From contig OZ243927.1 of the NCBI GenBank assembly GCA_965213925.1, positions 2,816,001-2,880,000 of the forward strand: DNA of 64,000 nt, written 5' to 3'. Origin of the DNA: Trueperaceae bacterium (lineage in GTDB: Bacteria > Deinococcota > Deinococci > Deinococcales > Trueperaceae). The notes below the pieces were generated by a model, which made no database searches, had not been told where the DNA came from, and saw nothing but the letters and a program-made list of their open reading frames with translations. Numbering within the stretch: the stretch's first letter is position 1; each line of letters starts with the position of its first letter. Position numbers and translations under genes: made by a program. Below are positions 17,488-27,275 of the stretch, in pieces.

Positions 17488-18743
17488 CAGCCAAAGAGCC
17501 GCCCGGCGATGCTAAAGCCTGCTAAGTACGTCCCCGCCGCCGAGCCGAGCGTAGCGAGGAAGAAGACTAAGAGCGTGCGCGCCACGCGGTTGCGCCACCA
17601 GCCGCGCCACACGGTTACGTCTTGGCGGAGCGTGTTGAAGTCGCCCATCTTGGGCTTGCGCGCCCACAGCTCGATGCCCGCCGCTACAAAACCCGCGCCG
17701 ATGAGCGGGTTAAGCGAGGTCAGGGGTGCCGCGAAGAACGCGCCGATGATGGTTAGTGGATGTGCGGTAGCAATAATTGCACCGAGCGCCGTTAAGCTGC
17801 CGTTGATGAGGACCCAGTCCGTGACGAGTTGGAGCCCAAGTTCAGGGCTGCGCGAGAAGCCAATAATGAAGCCCGTAAGGACGAGTGCAACGATGAGCCA
17901 GGGAAGGACACGGAGCCAGGGGGTGCCTTTGGGGAGAGTTTCTAAGCTCTTACGCACCTCAGCAGGTTCTTTTTCAGTTGGCGTCTCGAGGTTTTGCGCC
18001 AACCCCTTGAGATGCCCTGCACCAATCACAACGAGGACGTTTTTATACGGCTTAACGTTCGTCTCCTCACGCAGCCGCACCGCCATGTACTCGTCTCGCT
18101 CGGCGATGAGCGGTCCGTAAAGTTCTTGCGAAGACTCCGCGAACTCGTTGAAGGTCGCCTCCAACATATCCCCCTCTTTGAGCTTCTCGATCTCCTCTTC
18201 CGTGACCTCTTCGCGGCTCACCACGCTCGCCAACAGCCCACCGATGAGCGTCATGCGCTGCCACCAGGGGACGTTGCGGTAGACGCGGCGCAGCGTAATG
18301 CCGATGTCGCGGTCTATTAAGAGAACGGGCAAGTCGGCATCTTTGGCAACGCGGATGGCGCGGCGCATCTCCTCGCCCGGCTGAATACCCGACTGCTCGG
18401 CGATGCGCTGCTGAAACGCGCCCAGAGCCAGTGACGCCGCCATCATGCTCGCTTTGCCCTGGCGGAAGACTTCGAAGAGGTCGGTCTTGGCCCAGCGGTC
18501 CGGGTCGGTCAGGTTCGCGTGGCGGTTCGGGTCGAGTTCGATGGCGACGGCGTCGAAGTCGCCCGTGTTGATGAGGCGCTCCACCTCGTCGGCGCTGGTT
18601 TTGGAGACGTGGGCGGTGCCCAAAATGGTGTAGCGTGCGCCGCCCTGCTCGATGATACGAAGAGGCTGCTCGGGTTTTTTCTTGGTGTGTTGTTCGGCTC
18701 GAGATTTCGTTAGCTCAGGCTGAGCGTTAGCGGTGTCGGTCAT
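17487..18743 (-). CDS. TraB/GumN-family (pheromone-shutdown-like) protein with C-terminal membrane domain
   Basis: GTAHVS, AIELD, IDRDIGITL, ERDEYM, VIGAGHL, AAPLTSLNP. Confidence 0.9.
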   Translation of the reverse strand: MTDTANAQPELTKSRAEQHTKKKPEQPLRIIEQGGARYTILGTAHVSKTSADEVERLINTGDFDAVAIELDPNRHANLTDPDRWAKTDLFEVFRQGKASMMAASLALGAFQQRIAEQSGIQPGEEMRRAIRVAKDADLPVLLIDRDIGITLRRVYRNVPWWQRMTLIGGLLASVVSREEVTEEEIEKLKEGDMLEATFNEFAESSQELYGPLIAERDEYMAVRLREETNVKPYKNVLVVIGAGHLKGLAQNLETPTEKEPAEVRKSLETLPKGTPWLRVLPWLIVALVLTGFIIGFSRSPELGLQLVTDWVLINGSLTALGAIIATAHPLTIIGAFFAAPLTSLNPLIGAGFVAAGIELWARKPKMGDFNTLRQDVTVWRGWWRNRVARTLLVFFLATLGSAAGTYLAGFSIAGRLFG

Positions 18744-18870
18744 CTATAGAGTGTACCTAAAGATAGTGAGGGCTCAGGTTAAGTAGGAGGTTAAAGAGAA
18801 AAGGACTGTTACGAAATTTTCGCTAAAGGCGAAGGGACTGAGAGAAAAGAAAAGACTTTCACCTCAGTCC

Positions 18871-19812
18871 TCAGTCCTTTCTACTGCTTAATGATGACAA
18901 CTCGAGCGCCAACCGCTCCAACGCCCAGCCCTCATCCCCACCGGACTTCATCGCCACGTCCGCCTCCAAAATCGCTGAGAGCACCTCTTTCAACTTTGCC
19001 TCGTCCAACCCTTTCGCTAATCCTAACGCTTTTTTCGCCACGAACGGCTTGACCTTTAAGGTCTGCATGACGAGCCCATCGTTCACCGCCGCCCGGTCTT
19101 CCTTGAGCCCGACGCACCGCGCCACTAAATTGTACTGCCAGGTGAGCGCCCCTAGAACCCTGGGCGGCGCTTCCCCTTGCGCGACGAGGCTCTGGCAGAT
19201 AGCGAGCGCTTTAGCAGCTTCACCCGCCGACGCCGCTTCGATGAGGTCGAAGGCGTCCCTTGCAGCGGGTCGGTTCACAATTTCTCGCACGCGCTCGCTA
19301 TTTAAGGTTTCGTCCAAAACTTCCAACTTCTGAATCTCGGCGGCGATGCTCGGCAGGTCTTCCCCGAATAGGTCGGCTAGGGTCTGCGGAACATCTTTGT
19401 CGAACTGGACGTTCTCGGCAGTGAGTTCTTGGCGGACCCAGTGCGTGAGCGCGTTAAAGCGCGGCGTAGGAAGGTGCTCGTGTTGACCGAGTTTGGTGTA
19501 GGTCTTTTGCCTCGAGGCACTCGCATTGAGGTCGATTACGACGATGAGACTATCTTCAGGGACGTTCTCGAGCGCTTTTAAGACCTCATTGCGCGGCTTG
19601 ACGCCCGCTTGACCCTTAAAGGCGGCGTCGAAGTCGAGAAGTAGTGCGACTTGACCAAAGAGTCCCGACTGCGCGGCGAGTTGCGCGACTTGGGGTGCGT
19701 CCATCCCTTCGCCGAGTTCGGTCACTTCGTCCAGTTTGAAACCTCTGGCTTGGAGGGCGCGGCGGGCGGCTCTGGTCGCTAAGAATTCGTCACCGCTAAA
19801 GGAGAGGATCAC
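18871..19812 (-). CDS. holA: DNA polymerase III delta subunit
   Basis: GDEFL, SGLFG, AEIQKL, AFDLIEA, PFVAKK, LEADVAMKSG; TAAACT box 6 nt before GTG. Confidence 0.88.
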   Translation of the reverse strand: MILSFSGDEFLATRAARRALQARGFKLDEVTELGEGMDAPQVAQLAAQSGLFGQVALLLDFDAAFKGQAGVKPRNEVLKALENVPEDSLIVVIDLNASASRQKTYTKLGQHEHLPTPRFNALTHWVRQELTAENVQFDKDVPQTLADLFGEDLPSIAAEIQKLEVLDETLNSERVREIVNRPAARDAFDLIEAASAGEAAKALAICQSLVAQGEAPPRVLGALTWQYNLVARCVGLKEDRAAVNDGLVMQTLKVKPFVAKKALGLAKGLDEAKLKEVLSAILEADVAMKSGGDEGWALERLALELSSLSSRKD

Positions 19813-19860
19813 GGGTTTAGTTTACCTCTTGGCCAAGCAAAATGCTGATATGCTCCTCTT

Positions 19861-20640
19861 ATGTTGGCGAAACGCATCATCCCCTGCTTGGACGTTCATA
19901 ATGGCAGAACGACGAGAGGTCAGCAGTTCGGACAGGTCGAAAAGGGCGAACTCGTGGACGTGGGCGACCCCGTCGAGCTAGCGCTCCGCTATAACGAACA
20001 GGGCGCGGATGAACTCGTCTTTTACGACATCACCGCCACGAGCGAGGGGCGGGCGCTGATTACGGATGTCATCACGCGAGTGGCAGAGCAGTGCTTTATG
20101 CCCTTAACCGTCGGCGGCGGCGTGCGCACCCTTGCGGACTTTCGCACCCTCTTTTTAGCGGGCGCGGACAAGGTCTCTATCAATTCGGGCGCGGTTTCTA
20201 ACCCGAAGGTCGTGCGCGAAGCAGCCGAGCACTACGGCTCGCAGGCGGTAGTTTTCTCCATTGACGCGAAAAAGCGTGAGGACGGCAACGGCTGGGAAGT
20301 CTACGTCGCGGGCGGGCGGAAGAAGACGGGGCTGGATTTGCTCGAGTGGGCCGTGCGAGGTCAAGCACTCGGCGCGGGCGAAATCGTCTTGAACAGTATC
20401 GACGCGGACGGAATGAAGACGGGGTATGACTTAGAGGCGACGAAGTTAGTGGCTCGGGCGGTAGATATTCCCGTCGTCGCCTCGGGCGGCGCGGGCAACG
20501 CTCAGCATATGCGAGAGGTCCTGAAAGAGAGCGAGGCGGACGCGGCTCTTGCAGCAGGTATTTTTCATAGAGGTGAGACAACCGTGGGCGAGGTCAAGCG
20601 GCTCTTGGCGGAAGAGGACGTACACGTGAGGCTTGTCTGA
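19861..20640 (+). CDS. hisF: Imidazole glycerol phosphate synthase cyclase subunit
   Basis: [50 protein letters not shown]. Confidence 0.98.
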   Translation: MLAKRIIPCLDVHNGRTTRGQQFGQVEKGELVDVGDPVELALRYNEQGADELVFYDITATSEGRALITDVITRVAEQCFMPLTVGGGVRTLADFRTLFLAGADKVSINSGAVSNPKVVREAAEHYGSQAVVFSIDAKKREDGNGWEVYVAGGRKKTGLDLLEWAVRGQALGAGEIVLNSIDADGMKTGYDLEATKLVARAVDIPVVASGGAGNAQHMREVLKESEADAALAAGIFHRGETTVGEVKRLLAEEDVHVRLV

Positions 20641-21143
20641 TGGATATTGTTATCAGGAAAATTGAGATGGCAGACGCTCGAGGCTACTGGTCTGCCTTTG
20701 CCGAGGTCGCCAAGGAAAAGAAACACCTCTTGAGAACAAAACCACCCCCTTTTGAACAGACTGAGTCATTTATACAGTCGAACCTCGAGAAAAACCACGC
20801 TCACTATGTCGCAGTGCAGGGCGATACGATTATCGGTGAAGCGTCTATCATCCCGCTGAGCCGTCCCACCATGACTCATGTCGGCGTGCTCGGTATGTTC
20901 GTCGTTGCCGACTACCGCGGTCAAGGCGTCGGGAGTCAACTGCTTGACAAAGTGATCGAACATGCCTGGTCCAGGGGCTTGAAGCGGTTGGAGTTAGAGG
21001 TCTTCGCCGACAACGAGCCCGCCATTCGGCTCTATAAAAAGTATGGCTACGTTCAAGAGGGCGTCAAGCGGTATGCCCGGTTTATAGATGGTCAGTATCA
21101 GGACCTTGTTATCATGGCGCAGTACTGTATTAAGAGACATTGA
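20640..21143 (+). CDS. GNAT acetyltransferase (YhhY/RimL-like)
   Basis: DYRGQGVG, LELEVFADNEPAIRLYKKYGY. Confidence 0.9.
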   Translation: MDIVIRKIEMADARGYWSAFAEVAKEKKHLLRTKPPPFEQTESFIQSNLEKNHAHYVAVQGDTIIGEASIIPLSRPTMTHVGVLGMFVVADYRGQGVGSQLLDKVIEHAWSRGLKRLELEVFADNEPAIRLYKKYGYVQEGVKRYARFIDGQYQDLVIMAQYCIKRH

Positions 21144-21165
21144 TGTGGGGCTGCTATAGTTGCGT

Positions 21166-21396
21166 ATGGCAGACACCTTAGACCGCATCACCTTCGACCC
21201 CAAAGTCATGGGCGGCAAACCCTGTATTCGCGGCATGAGAGTGACGGTAGGAACGCTCGTTGGGCTCGTCGCCGCTGGCAAATCCTTCGAAGAGGTGTTG
21301 ACCGCTTACCCTTACATAGAGAAAGAGGATATTCAGCAAGCGCTCTCTTACGCGGCGTGGCGTAGTGAAGAGGTCGAGCTACCTTTAGCAGGTTGA
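21166..21396 (+). CDS. DUF433 antitoxin
   Basis: RITFDPKVMGGKPCIRGMRVTV, AYPYIEKEDIQQAL. Confidence 0.95.
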   Translation: MADTLDRITFDPKVMGGKPCIRGMRVTVGTLVGLVAAGKSFEEVLTAYPYIEKEDIQQALSYAAWRSEEVELPLAG

Positions 21397-21399
21397 TAG

Positions 21400-21763
21400 T
21401 TGAAGCTCCTTATCGACATAAACCTCTCGCCCACATGGTGCGCTGCTCTGACAAGACGTGGAATAGAAGCGCGTCACTGGTCTGAGATGGGCAGTAGCGA
21501 CGCACCCGACAGCGAAATTCTCACCCACGCGCAGGCAAACGGTTACATTATTTTTACGAACGACTTAGGGCGCTATTTTGGCAAATACGAAGGGGCGTGG
21601 TCCAAGCGTCATTCAAGTGCGTGCACAAGCCCTTCTTCCCGAAGATTTGCAAGAGGTCGTCTTGGCAGCGTTGCGTCAGTTCTCTAGTGAGCTTGCCGAA
21701 GGTGCGCTCATCATTATCGACTCAACAAAAACTCGAGTCAGACTTCTCCCGCTCAACCTTTGA
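21400..21763 (+). pseudogene. Frameshifted DUF5615 (PIN-like) toxin
   Basis: MKLLIDINLSP..DSEI..IIFTNDL in one frame, GAILA..PSVIQVRA..GALIIID..RVRLLPL in the next; shift at about 21568. Confidence 0.88.
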
Positions 21764-21772
21764 AGGTACGAT

Positions 21773-22912
21773 ATGACCAAAAAATACAACCTCGAGACTC
21801 TCGCTGTCCATGCAGGCTTAGAAACCGACCCTGCCACGGGCGCGCTCATCCCGCCGATTCACCTCTCAACGACGTTTGAGCGGGAAAAAGACGGCTCTTA
21901 CCCGCACGGGCACGTCTACACGAGGACGAGCAACCCGAACCGGGCGGCGTTAGAAGAGGCGTTGGCGCGGCTCGAGAACGGTGCAGCGGCAGCCGCTTTC
22001 TCCTCGGGCTCCGCCGCCGCTGGCGCAGTCTTCCGCGCCCTTAGACCGGGCGACCACGCGATTGTTCCCGACGACATGTATCACGGCATTGCCAAACTCT
22101 TAAAAGAGGTCTTCATCCCTTGGGGACTGAAAGTTGACTTCGTTGACCTCACGGATTTAGACGCACTGCGCAGTTCTTTAGGGAAAGAGACGAAACTGGT
22201 ATGGCTCGAGACCCCCTCCAACCCCCTCCTAAAAATCACCGACATCGCCGCCGTTACTGAGATTGCGCGCGAGGCGGGAGCCGTCGTCGCTTCGGACAGC
22301 ACCTGGACGCCGCCGCCCCTTCAGCCCGTTTTCGACCTCGGCGCAGACCTCATTGTGCACTCCACGACGAAGTACCTCTCCGGTCACAGTGACGTCTTGG
22401 GCGGCGCAGTCGTGGCGAAAGAGGAAAGCGACCTCTTGGAGCGCGTCCGCATGGTGCAGACGACGGAAGGTGCAGTTCCCTCCCCTTTCGACTGCTGGCT
22501 CGTCTTACGAGGAATACGCACACTTCCCTACCGGATGCGGGCACACTGCGAGAACGCGCAGAAGTTAGCGGAATTCTTAGATGAGCACGCTAACGTCGAG
22601 GCGGTGCACTATCCGAGCTTGGCGCGTCATCCAGGTCATGAGGTTGCTAAGAAGCAAATGTACGCTTGGGGTGGGATGCTCTCGTTTCGGGTGAAAGGAA
22701 CGGCAGAGGATGCGATGAAGGTGGCGGCGAACGTCGAGCTGTTTACCAGGGCGACGAGCTTGGGCGGGGTGGAGAGTCTGATTGAACACCGCGCCTCTAT
22801 AGAGGGTCCGCAGTCGCAGACGCCGCAGAATTTGCTGAGGGTGTCAGCGGGGCTCGAGCACCCCGACGACCTCATCAACGACCTCTCGCAAGCTTTAGCT
22901 ACCCTGAACTAA
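21773..22912 (+). CDS. Cystathionine gamma-synthase/lyase family PLP enzyme
   Basis: YTRTSNPNR, WLETPSNP, HSTTKYLSGHSD, SLGGVESL, LRVSAGLE. Confidence 0.94.
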   Translation: MTKKYNLETLAVHAGLETDPATGALIPPIHLSTTFEREKDGSYPHGHVYTRTSNPNRAALEEALARLENGAAAAAFSSGSAAAGAVFRALRPGDHAIVPDDMYHGIAKLLKEVFIPWGLKVDFVDLTDLDALRSSLGKETKLVWLETPSNPLLKITDIAAVTEIAREAGAVVASDSTWTPPPLQPVFDLGADLIVHSTTKYLSGHSDVLGGAVVAKEESDLLERVRMVQTTEGAVPSPFDCWLVLRGIRTLPYRMRAHCENAQKLAEFLDEHANVEAVHYPSLARHPGHEVAKKQMYAWGGMLSFRVKGTAEDAMKVAANVELFTRATSLGGVESLIEHRASIEGPQSQTPQNLLRVSAGLEHPDDLINDLSQALATLN

Positions 22913-22928
22913 GAGGTAGACTGAGCGA

Positions 22929-23558
22929 ATGTCCGACCTATCCACCGTTCCAACTGTCAATTTCGATGAACGCGGTCTCGTCCCGGTCGTGACCCAAGAC
23001 GCCCTGACCGGCGAAGTCTTGATGCTCGCTTATGCCAACCGTGAGGCGCTAGAGAAGACGCTCGAGACCTCCCAGGCCCACTACTACAGCCGCTCGAGGG
23101 GTGAACTCTGGCGCAAAGGTGCCACCAGCGGCAACACGCAAGAGGTCACTGAAGTGCGCGTAGACTGCGACGAAGACGCGCTTCTTTACCGCGTGAAGCA
23201 ATCTGGACCCGCATGTCATACAGGCGAGAGGTCGTGCTTTTACCGCTCGTCGGACGAGGGGCAGACCTCTTTAGGGGAGACGATGGCGCTTTTGGAGCGG
23301 GTCGTGAACGAGAGGCTCGAGACGCTCCCCGAAGGTTCCTACGTCACGAAGATGCACGAAAGAGGTAAGGGGTACGTCGCGCAGAAAGTCGTCGAAGAGG
23401 CGGGCGAAAGTATCGTGGCGGCGCTCGAGAACAAACCAGATGAACTCACCAGCGAAGCGGCGGACCTCTTGTTTCACCTCACCGTCCTCTTGCGCGAGAG
23501 CGGCGTGAGTTTGCAAAAGGTGGCGGATGAACTTGTAAAGCGTCATCAAACTAAATAA
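22929..23558 (+). CDS. hisIE: Bifunctional PR-AMP cyclohydrolase / PR-ATP pyrophosphatase
   Basis: [50 protein letters not shown]. Confidence 0.97.
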   Translation: MSDLSTVPTVNFDERGLVPVVTQDALTGEVLMLAYANREALEKTLETSQAHYYSRSRGELWRKGATSGNTQEVTEVRVDCDEDALLYRVKQSGPACHTGERSCFYRSSDEGQTSLGETMALLERVVNERLETLPEGSYVTKMHERGKGYVAQKVVEEAGESIVAALENKPDELTSEAADLLFHLTVLLRESGVSLQKVADELVKRHQTK

Positions 23559-23702
23559 TGGTCGAGAGAAAAGGACTGAGTGCTGAGGACTGAGGTTAAA
23601 ATCTTTTCTCCCTGCGAGGGTTTTCAACTCATTGCTGCTTCTTGTTTACCTACGGGAGAGATACACCACCTCTCATCGCTGCGAGCCGTGTCACCATGCG
23701 GT

Positions 23703-24761
23703 ATGACCACACACGCAGCCGAAGACGCTAAAACGGAAAACCCCGAAAAGCCCAAAAAGCGCCCCCGTAAGCAGAATAAAGCGGTGGATATGGAACGCGC
23801 TTTAGTCCTCGACACCGTGCGCATCACCGAACAAGCCGCCATCGCCGCGAGCCGCGTAGCGGGCAAAGGCGACTCCGACTTGGTCGACCAAGCGGGCACC
23901 GACGCCATGCGCCGCGTCCTGAACGAACTCGACATCGACGGCGAGATCGTCATCGGTGAGGGCGAGCGCGACGAAGCGCCGATGCTCTATATCGGTGAGA
24001 AGCTTGGCAGGGGCGGCGAAGGCGCGTGGGCGGTGGATATCGCAGTGGACCCCGTCGAGGGCACGGGCATCACCGCGCGCATGGTGAATAACTCGGTGGC
24101 GGTCATCGCCATTGCCGAAAAGGGCGGGCTTTTTCAAGCCCCCGACACCTACATGGAAAAGCTCATCGTTGGGCCGCCAGCGGCGGGCAAGGTAGATATC
24201 ACCTGGCCCGTCGCAGCGAACCTGAGCGCGGTGGCGCAGAGTTTGGACCGCTCGGTTGAGGATTTGACCGTCGTCATTTTAGACCGTCCGCGCCACGCCG
24301 ACCTCTTGAAGCAGGTGAGGGGGGCGGGCGCACGGGTCAAGCTCATCGGCGACGGCGACGTGATCGCGGCGCTCTCGGCGGCGGTGCGCGGTACGAACGT
24401 CCACGCGGTCATGGGCATCGGCGGTGCGCCCGAAGGGGTCTTAGCGGCGGCGGCTTTGAAGTGTTTGGGCGGCGAGATTCAAGGGCGGTTCAAGCCGCGC
24501 AATGAGAGCGAGCAGAAGCGGCTCGAGTCGATGGGCGCGTCTACCGGACAGGTTTACAAGACCGAAGACTTAGCGCCGGGGCAAAACATCGTCTTTAGCG
24601 CCACGGGCATCACCGACGGCGACCTCTTAAACGGCGTGCGCTTTTTCAAGAACGGCGCACGCACGCACTCGATTTCGATGGGGTATCAGTCGCGGGTCTT
24701 GCGACTCGCAGACGCGGTTCACCTCTTAGGGGACGGGGCGCGGGTGACAATTCAGGTATAA
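23703..24761 (+). CDS. glpX: Class II fructose-1,6-bisphosphatase
   Basis: [42 protein letters not shown]; start uncertain (23703 or 23790). Confidence 0.95.
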   Translation: MTTHAAEDAKTENPEKPKKRPRKQNKAVDMERALVLDTVRITEQAAIAASRVAGKGDSDLVDQAGTDAMRRVLNELDIDGEIVIGEGERDEAPMLYIGEKLGRGGEGAWAVDIAVDPVEGTGITARMVNNSVAVIAIAEKGGLFQAPDTYMEKLIVGPPAAGKVDITWPVAANLSAVAQSLDRSVEDLTVVILDRPRHADLLKQVRGAGARVKLIGDGDVIAALSAAVRGTNVHAVMGIGGAPEGVLAAAALKCLGGEIQGRFKPRNESEQKRLESMGASTGQVYKTEDLAPGQNIVFSATGITDGDLLNGVRFFKNGARTHSISMGYQSRVLRLADAVHLLGDGARVTIQV

Positions 24762-24813
24762 AGTCTAGTTGTAGCATGTATAGCGGTTATCGGAAGTATT
24801 GGAGCGAAATGGC

Positions 24814-24889
24814 GCAGGTATCATCACTTGAAGTGCGTGCTACACGATGTTCTATAACGTGAGGTTGGTTCAAACCAGATGATACCTGC
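24814..24889. mobile_element. MITE-like repeat, copy 1
   Basis: 12-bp perfect terminal IR GCAGGTATCATC; ends match copies at 31219-31316 and 56292-56435. Confidence 0.7.
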
Positions 24890-24921
24890 TATAAATAACA
24901 GAAAGTTGTTCAAACTTGCGT

Positions 24922-25224
24922 CTAAGCAGCTTCATCAACTTCAGGCACATCTTTAGCTTTGATGAAAGTCAAAATGGCGAGTCCTAATATACCTGTAGCG
25001 AAACAGAAAATGCCTAAGATGTATCGTCTCTTGCCGATAGCGAGAACGATGTTACCGCTAAACATCGCGAGGAATCCGATAATCCCAGCAACGGCATAAA
25101 TAGGTGAGTCTTCACTCACTAACCCAAGAAATATGGGTAAGAGGCAGACAAAGGCGGTTGCTGCTAAAAAGTAGCCAATGTCTTTTGCGTAAACTGAAAA
25201 TCTAACAAGAATACTGGTGATCAT
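24922..25224 (-). CDS. Hypothetical 3-TM membrane protein, AT-rich
   Basis: Three hydrophobic segments; low GC relative to flanks. Confidence 0.65.
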   Translation of the reverse strand: MITSILVRFSVYAKDIGYFLAATAFVCLLPIFLGLVSEDSPIYAVAGIIGFLAMFSGNIVLAIGKRRYILGIFCFATGILGLAILTFIKAKDVPEVDEAA

Positions 25225-25296
25225 GAAATTATTTTAGAAAACGACTGCTTTTCAAGATGTGATAAAAACTGTTCCTAACAAGATTTTTAGTTTTTC

Positions 25297-25758
25297 TTAC
25301 GCCGTACAGGTGCAGCCGCACTCGAGCCTCACCTCTACCGGAGAGATGTACCTCTCCACTCCGTCGCGCCGAACATGCAAGACGACAAGCGTATAGGGGT
25401 TAAATACAACTACGTCCTTGACCCCTTGCGAGAGGTAGAACTGCGGTCCAATCTCCAAGTCTTTCGCTTCATACCCTTTGCTGATAACCTCAATCACCGC
25501 TTCGGGTACGAGGGTGACAGCCTCTTCTTGTTCGTCAGGTTCGCGGCAGAAGACAGAGATGTCAGGGCGTTTGAGAGAGCCGTCAAGGAAGCTCACATAA
25601 ATATTTGCAGTGCGAAAACACGACCCTCGAATACTCGAGCGAATCCTATCCACCGCTTTTTGATGTTTGTAGACGGGGTGCGGCTCCCAGATGGGCAAGC
25701 CCGCAACCATCTCTAAACGGATGCCTAGTTCGTCGGCGCGGAGGTACTTGGGGTCCAT
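25297..25758 (-). CDS. Uma2/DUF820 family PD-(D/E)xK endonuclease
   Basis: RLEMVAG, HQ, RPDISV, PEAVIEVIS, YLSQGV. Confidence 0.88.
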   Translation of the reverse strand: MDPKYLRADELGIRLEMVAGLPIWEPHPVYKHQKAVDRIRSSIRGSCFRTANIYVSFLDGSLKRPDISVFCREPDEQEEAVTLVPEAVIEVISKGYEAKDLEIGPQFYLSQGVKDVVVFNPYTLVVLHVRRDGVERYISPVEVRLECGCTCTA

Positions 25759-25833
25759 GACTCGAGGGTATCACGCTTTTTTCTAGGTCGTAAAAATCTT
25801 TTATCTTTGTGAGTAGTGCAGTAAGATGGAAGT

Positions 25834-26433
25834 ATGACGCTCCTAAAGCCGCAACCTAAATCCCTCCCCTACGAGCCGCGCACGTTTACTTACCGCGAAC
25901 TCCTGGCGATGGAGCGTGCGGGCATCATCGGTGAAGACGAGCGCGTCGAACTTTTGAACGGGAGCATCGTCCCTATGACCGTCAGCCCGCCTCACGCGAC
26001 CGTGGTACGCGAACTCACCAAAACGCTGTCCTTAGCTTTCCTGGAAGTTGCTGAGTTAGACGTACAGAACCCGCTCCGGCTATCAACCGATCTCGACGAC
26101 CGCCAACTGCCTATACCTGACCTGATGCTCTTAGCGCAACGCGGCTACACCGACCACTCACAGCCTGAAGACGTATACCTTCTTATCGAAGTGTCCGATA
26201 CGACGCTCCTCAAAGACCGCAAGGTGAAGCTGCCGCTTTACGCAGCAGCGGGGGTGGGTGAGGTCTGGCTCTTCAACCTCGCCAACAAGCGCTTAGAGGT
26301 CTATACCGAACCGCTGGACGAGGTGTACAGGACGCGGCGCACGCTCGAGCTGAGCGAGCGGGTTGCGCCGCAGCGCTTTCCTGGCAGAGCCCAAATGTGG
26401 CTCAGCGGAGCGACCGTAAAGCGGTTACCCTAA
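25834..26433 (+). CDS. Uma2/DUF820 family PD-(D/E)xK endonuclease
   Basis: RVELLNG, PPH, PIPDL, LLIEVSDTTL..DR..KLPLYAAAGVGEVW. Confidence 0.93.
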   Translation: MTLLKPQPKSLPYEPRTFTYRELLAMERAGIIGEDERVELLNGSIVPMTVSPPHATVVRELTKTLSLAFLEVAELDVQNPLRLSTDLDDRQLPIPDLMLLAQRGYTDHSQPEDVYLLIEVSDTTLLKDRKVKLPLYAAAGVGEVWLFNLANKRLEVYTEPLDEVYRTRRTLELSERVAPQRFPGRAQMWLSGATVKRLP

Positions 26434-26643
26434 CACCAAACTGAGGTTTGGATGTCAAAAGTCGAGCAGATTAACAGGCGTTTTAAGCTGGTCTTCGGGC
26501 TGCGCGGTAACAGTTGAGGCGAAGCTCGCTCGGAGCGCGTCCGCGAAGCCAGAGACGCCGCGAAAGGGTCTTAGAGGACATGACTGAGCATACCGCTAAA
26601 GACAGCGTGGAATAGGGCGACCTTGCGCTATGATAGTTCTAAC

Positions 26644-26874
26644 ATGGAACGTTTGAAAATCACCTTGCCCGCAGAGCTTAAAACTCGAGCCGAAACCTTA
26701 GCGCGTGAAGAGGGTGTTTCGTTAGACGAACTAATTCGCCAGTCTCTACAAGATAAAGTTGGACGTGCGCCAAGCGCAGAACAAGACCCCTTCTTTGACG
26801 ATCATGAAACCTTTTCTGGAGACGTGCCTTCTGATCTCTCTGCGAACCACGACAAGTATCTCTACGACGAGTGA
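26644..26874 (+). CDS. vapB: RHH-family antitoxin
   Basis: MERLKITLP..GVSLDELIRQSL, DLSANHDKYLY tail; GTGA overlap with PIN gene. Confidence 0.88.
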   Translation: MERLKITLPAELKTRAETLAREEGVSLDELIRQSLQDKVGRAPSAEQDPFFDDHETFSGDVPSDLSANHDKYLYDE

Positions 26875-27275
26875 CTTTCATAGATACGGGAGCTTTCTTA
26901 GCGCGTTACTTAGAACGCGACCAACATTACAAAGAAGCGGCTGATGTATGGCAGCAACTAGGACGAGAAAGACCCCAGCTCTTCACCAGTAACTTCGTGT
27001 TGGACGAAACCCTAACCCTCTTGTCGCGCCGCTCGAGCTACCCCTTTGCAGCATCTAAGGCGAGAACGATTTTTACGTCGAACGCCTTCACTATTCTACG
27101 CCCTTCTATTCAGGACGAACTCGCCAGTTTAACGCTATTCGAAAAGTACGCTGACCAGAAGATTAGCTTTACAGATTGTGTTTCGTTTACGCTCGCGCGC
27201 AAGGTCGGGCTCAAACAGGTATTCACCTTCGACAAGCATTTTCTTTGCGCAGGCTTTGAGGTTATTCCTTCGTGA
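26871..27275 (+). CDS. vapC: PIN-domain toxin
   Basis: FIDTGAF, VLDETLTL, SFTDCVSF, FTFDKHF. Confidence 0.93.
   Translation: MTFIDTGAFLARYLERDQHYKEAADVWQQLGRERPQLFTSNFVLDETLTLLSRRSSYPFAASKARTIFTSNAFTILRPSIQDELASLTLFEKYADQKISFTDCVSFTLARKVGLKQVFTFDKHFLCAGFEVIPS

Noticed and set aside
17314..18120. 268-aa plus-strand ORF and similar long overlapping ORFs elsewhere
   Set aside because: Antisense to well-supported genes; typical high-GC shadow frames with no motifs
23580..23702. N-terminal extension of glpX given in the ORF track (similar cases at 8569, 41793, 47003, 47071)
   Set aside because: Extensions cross repeats or promoter DNA; downstream starts have RBS or leaderless -10 support
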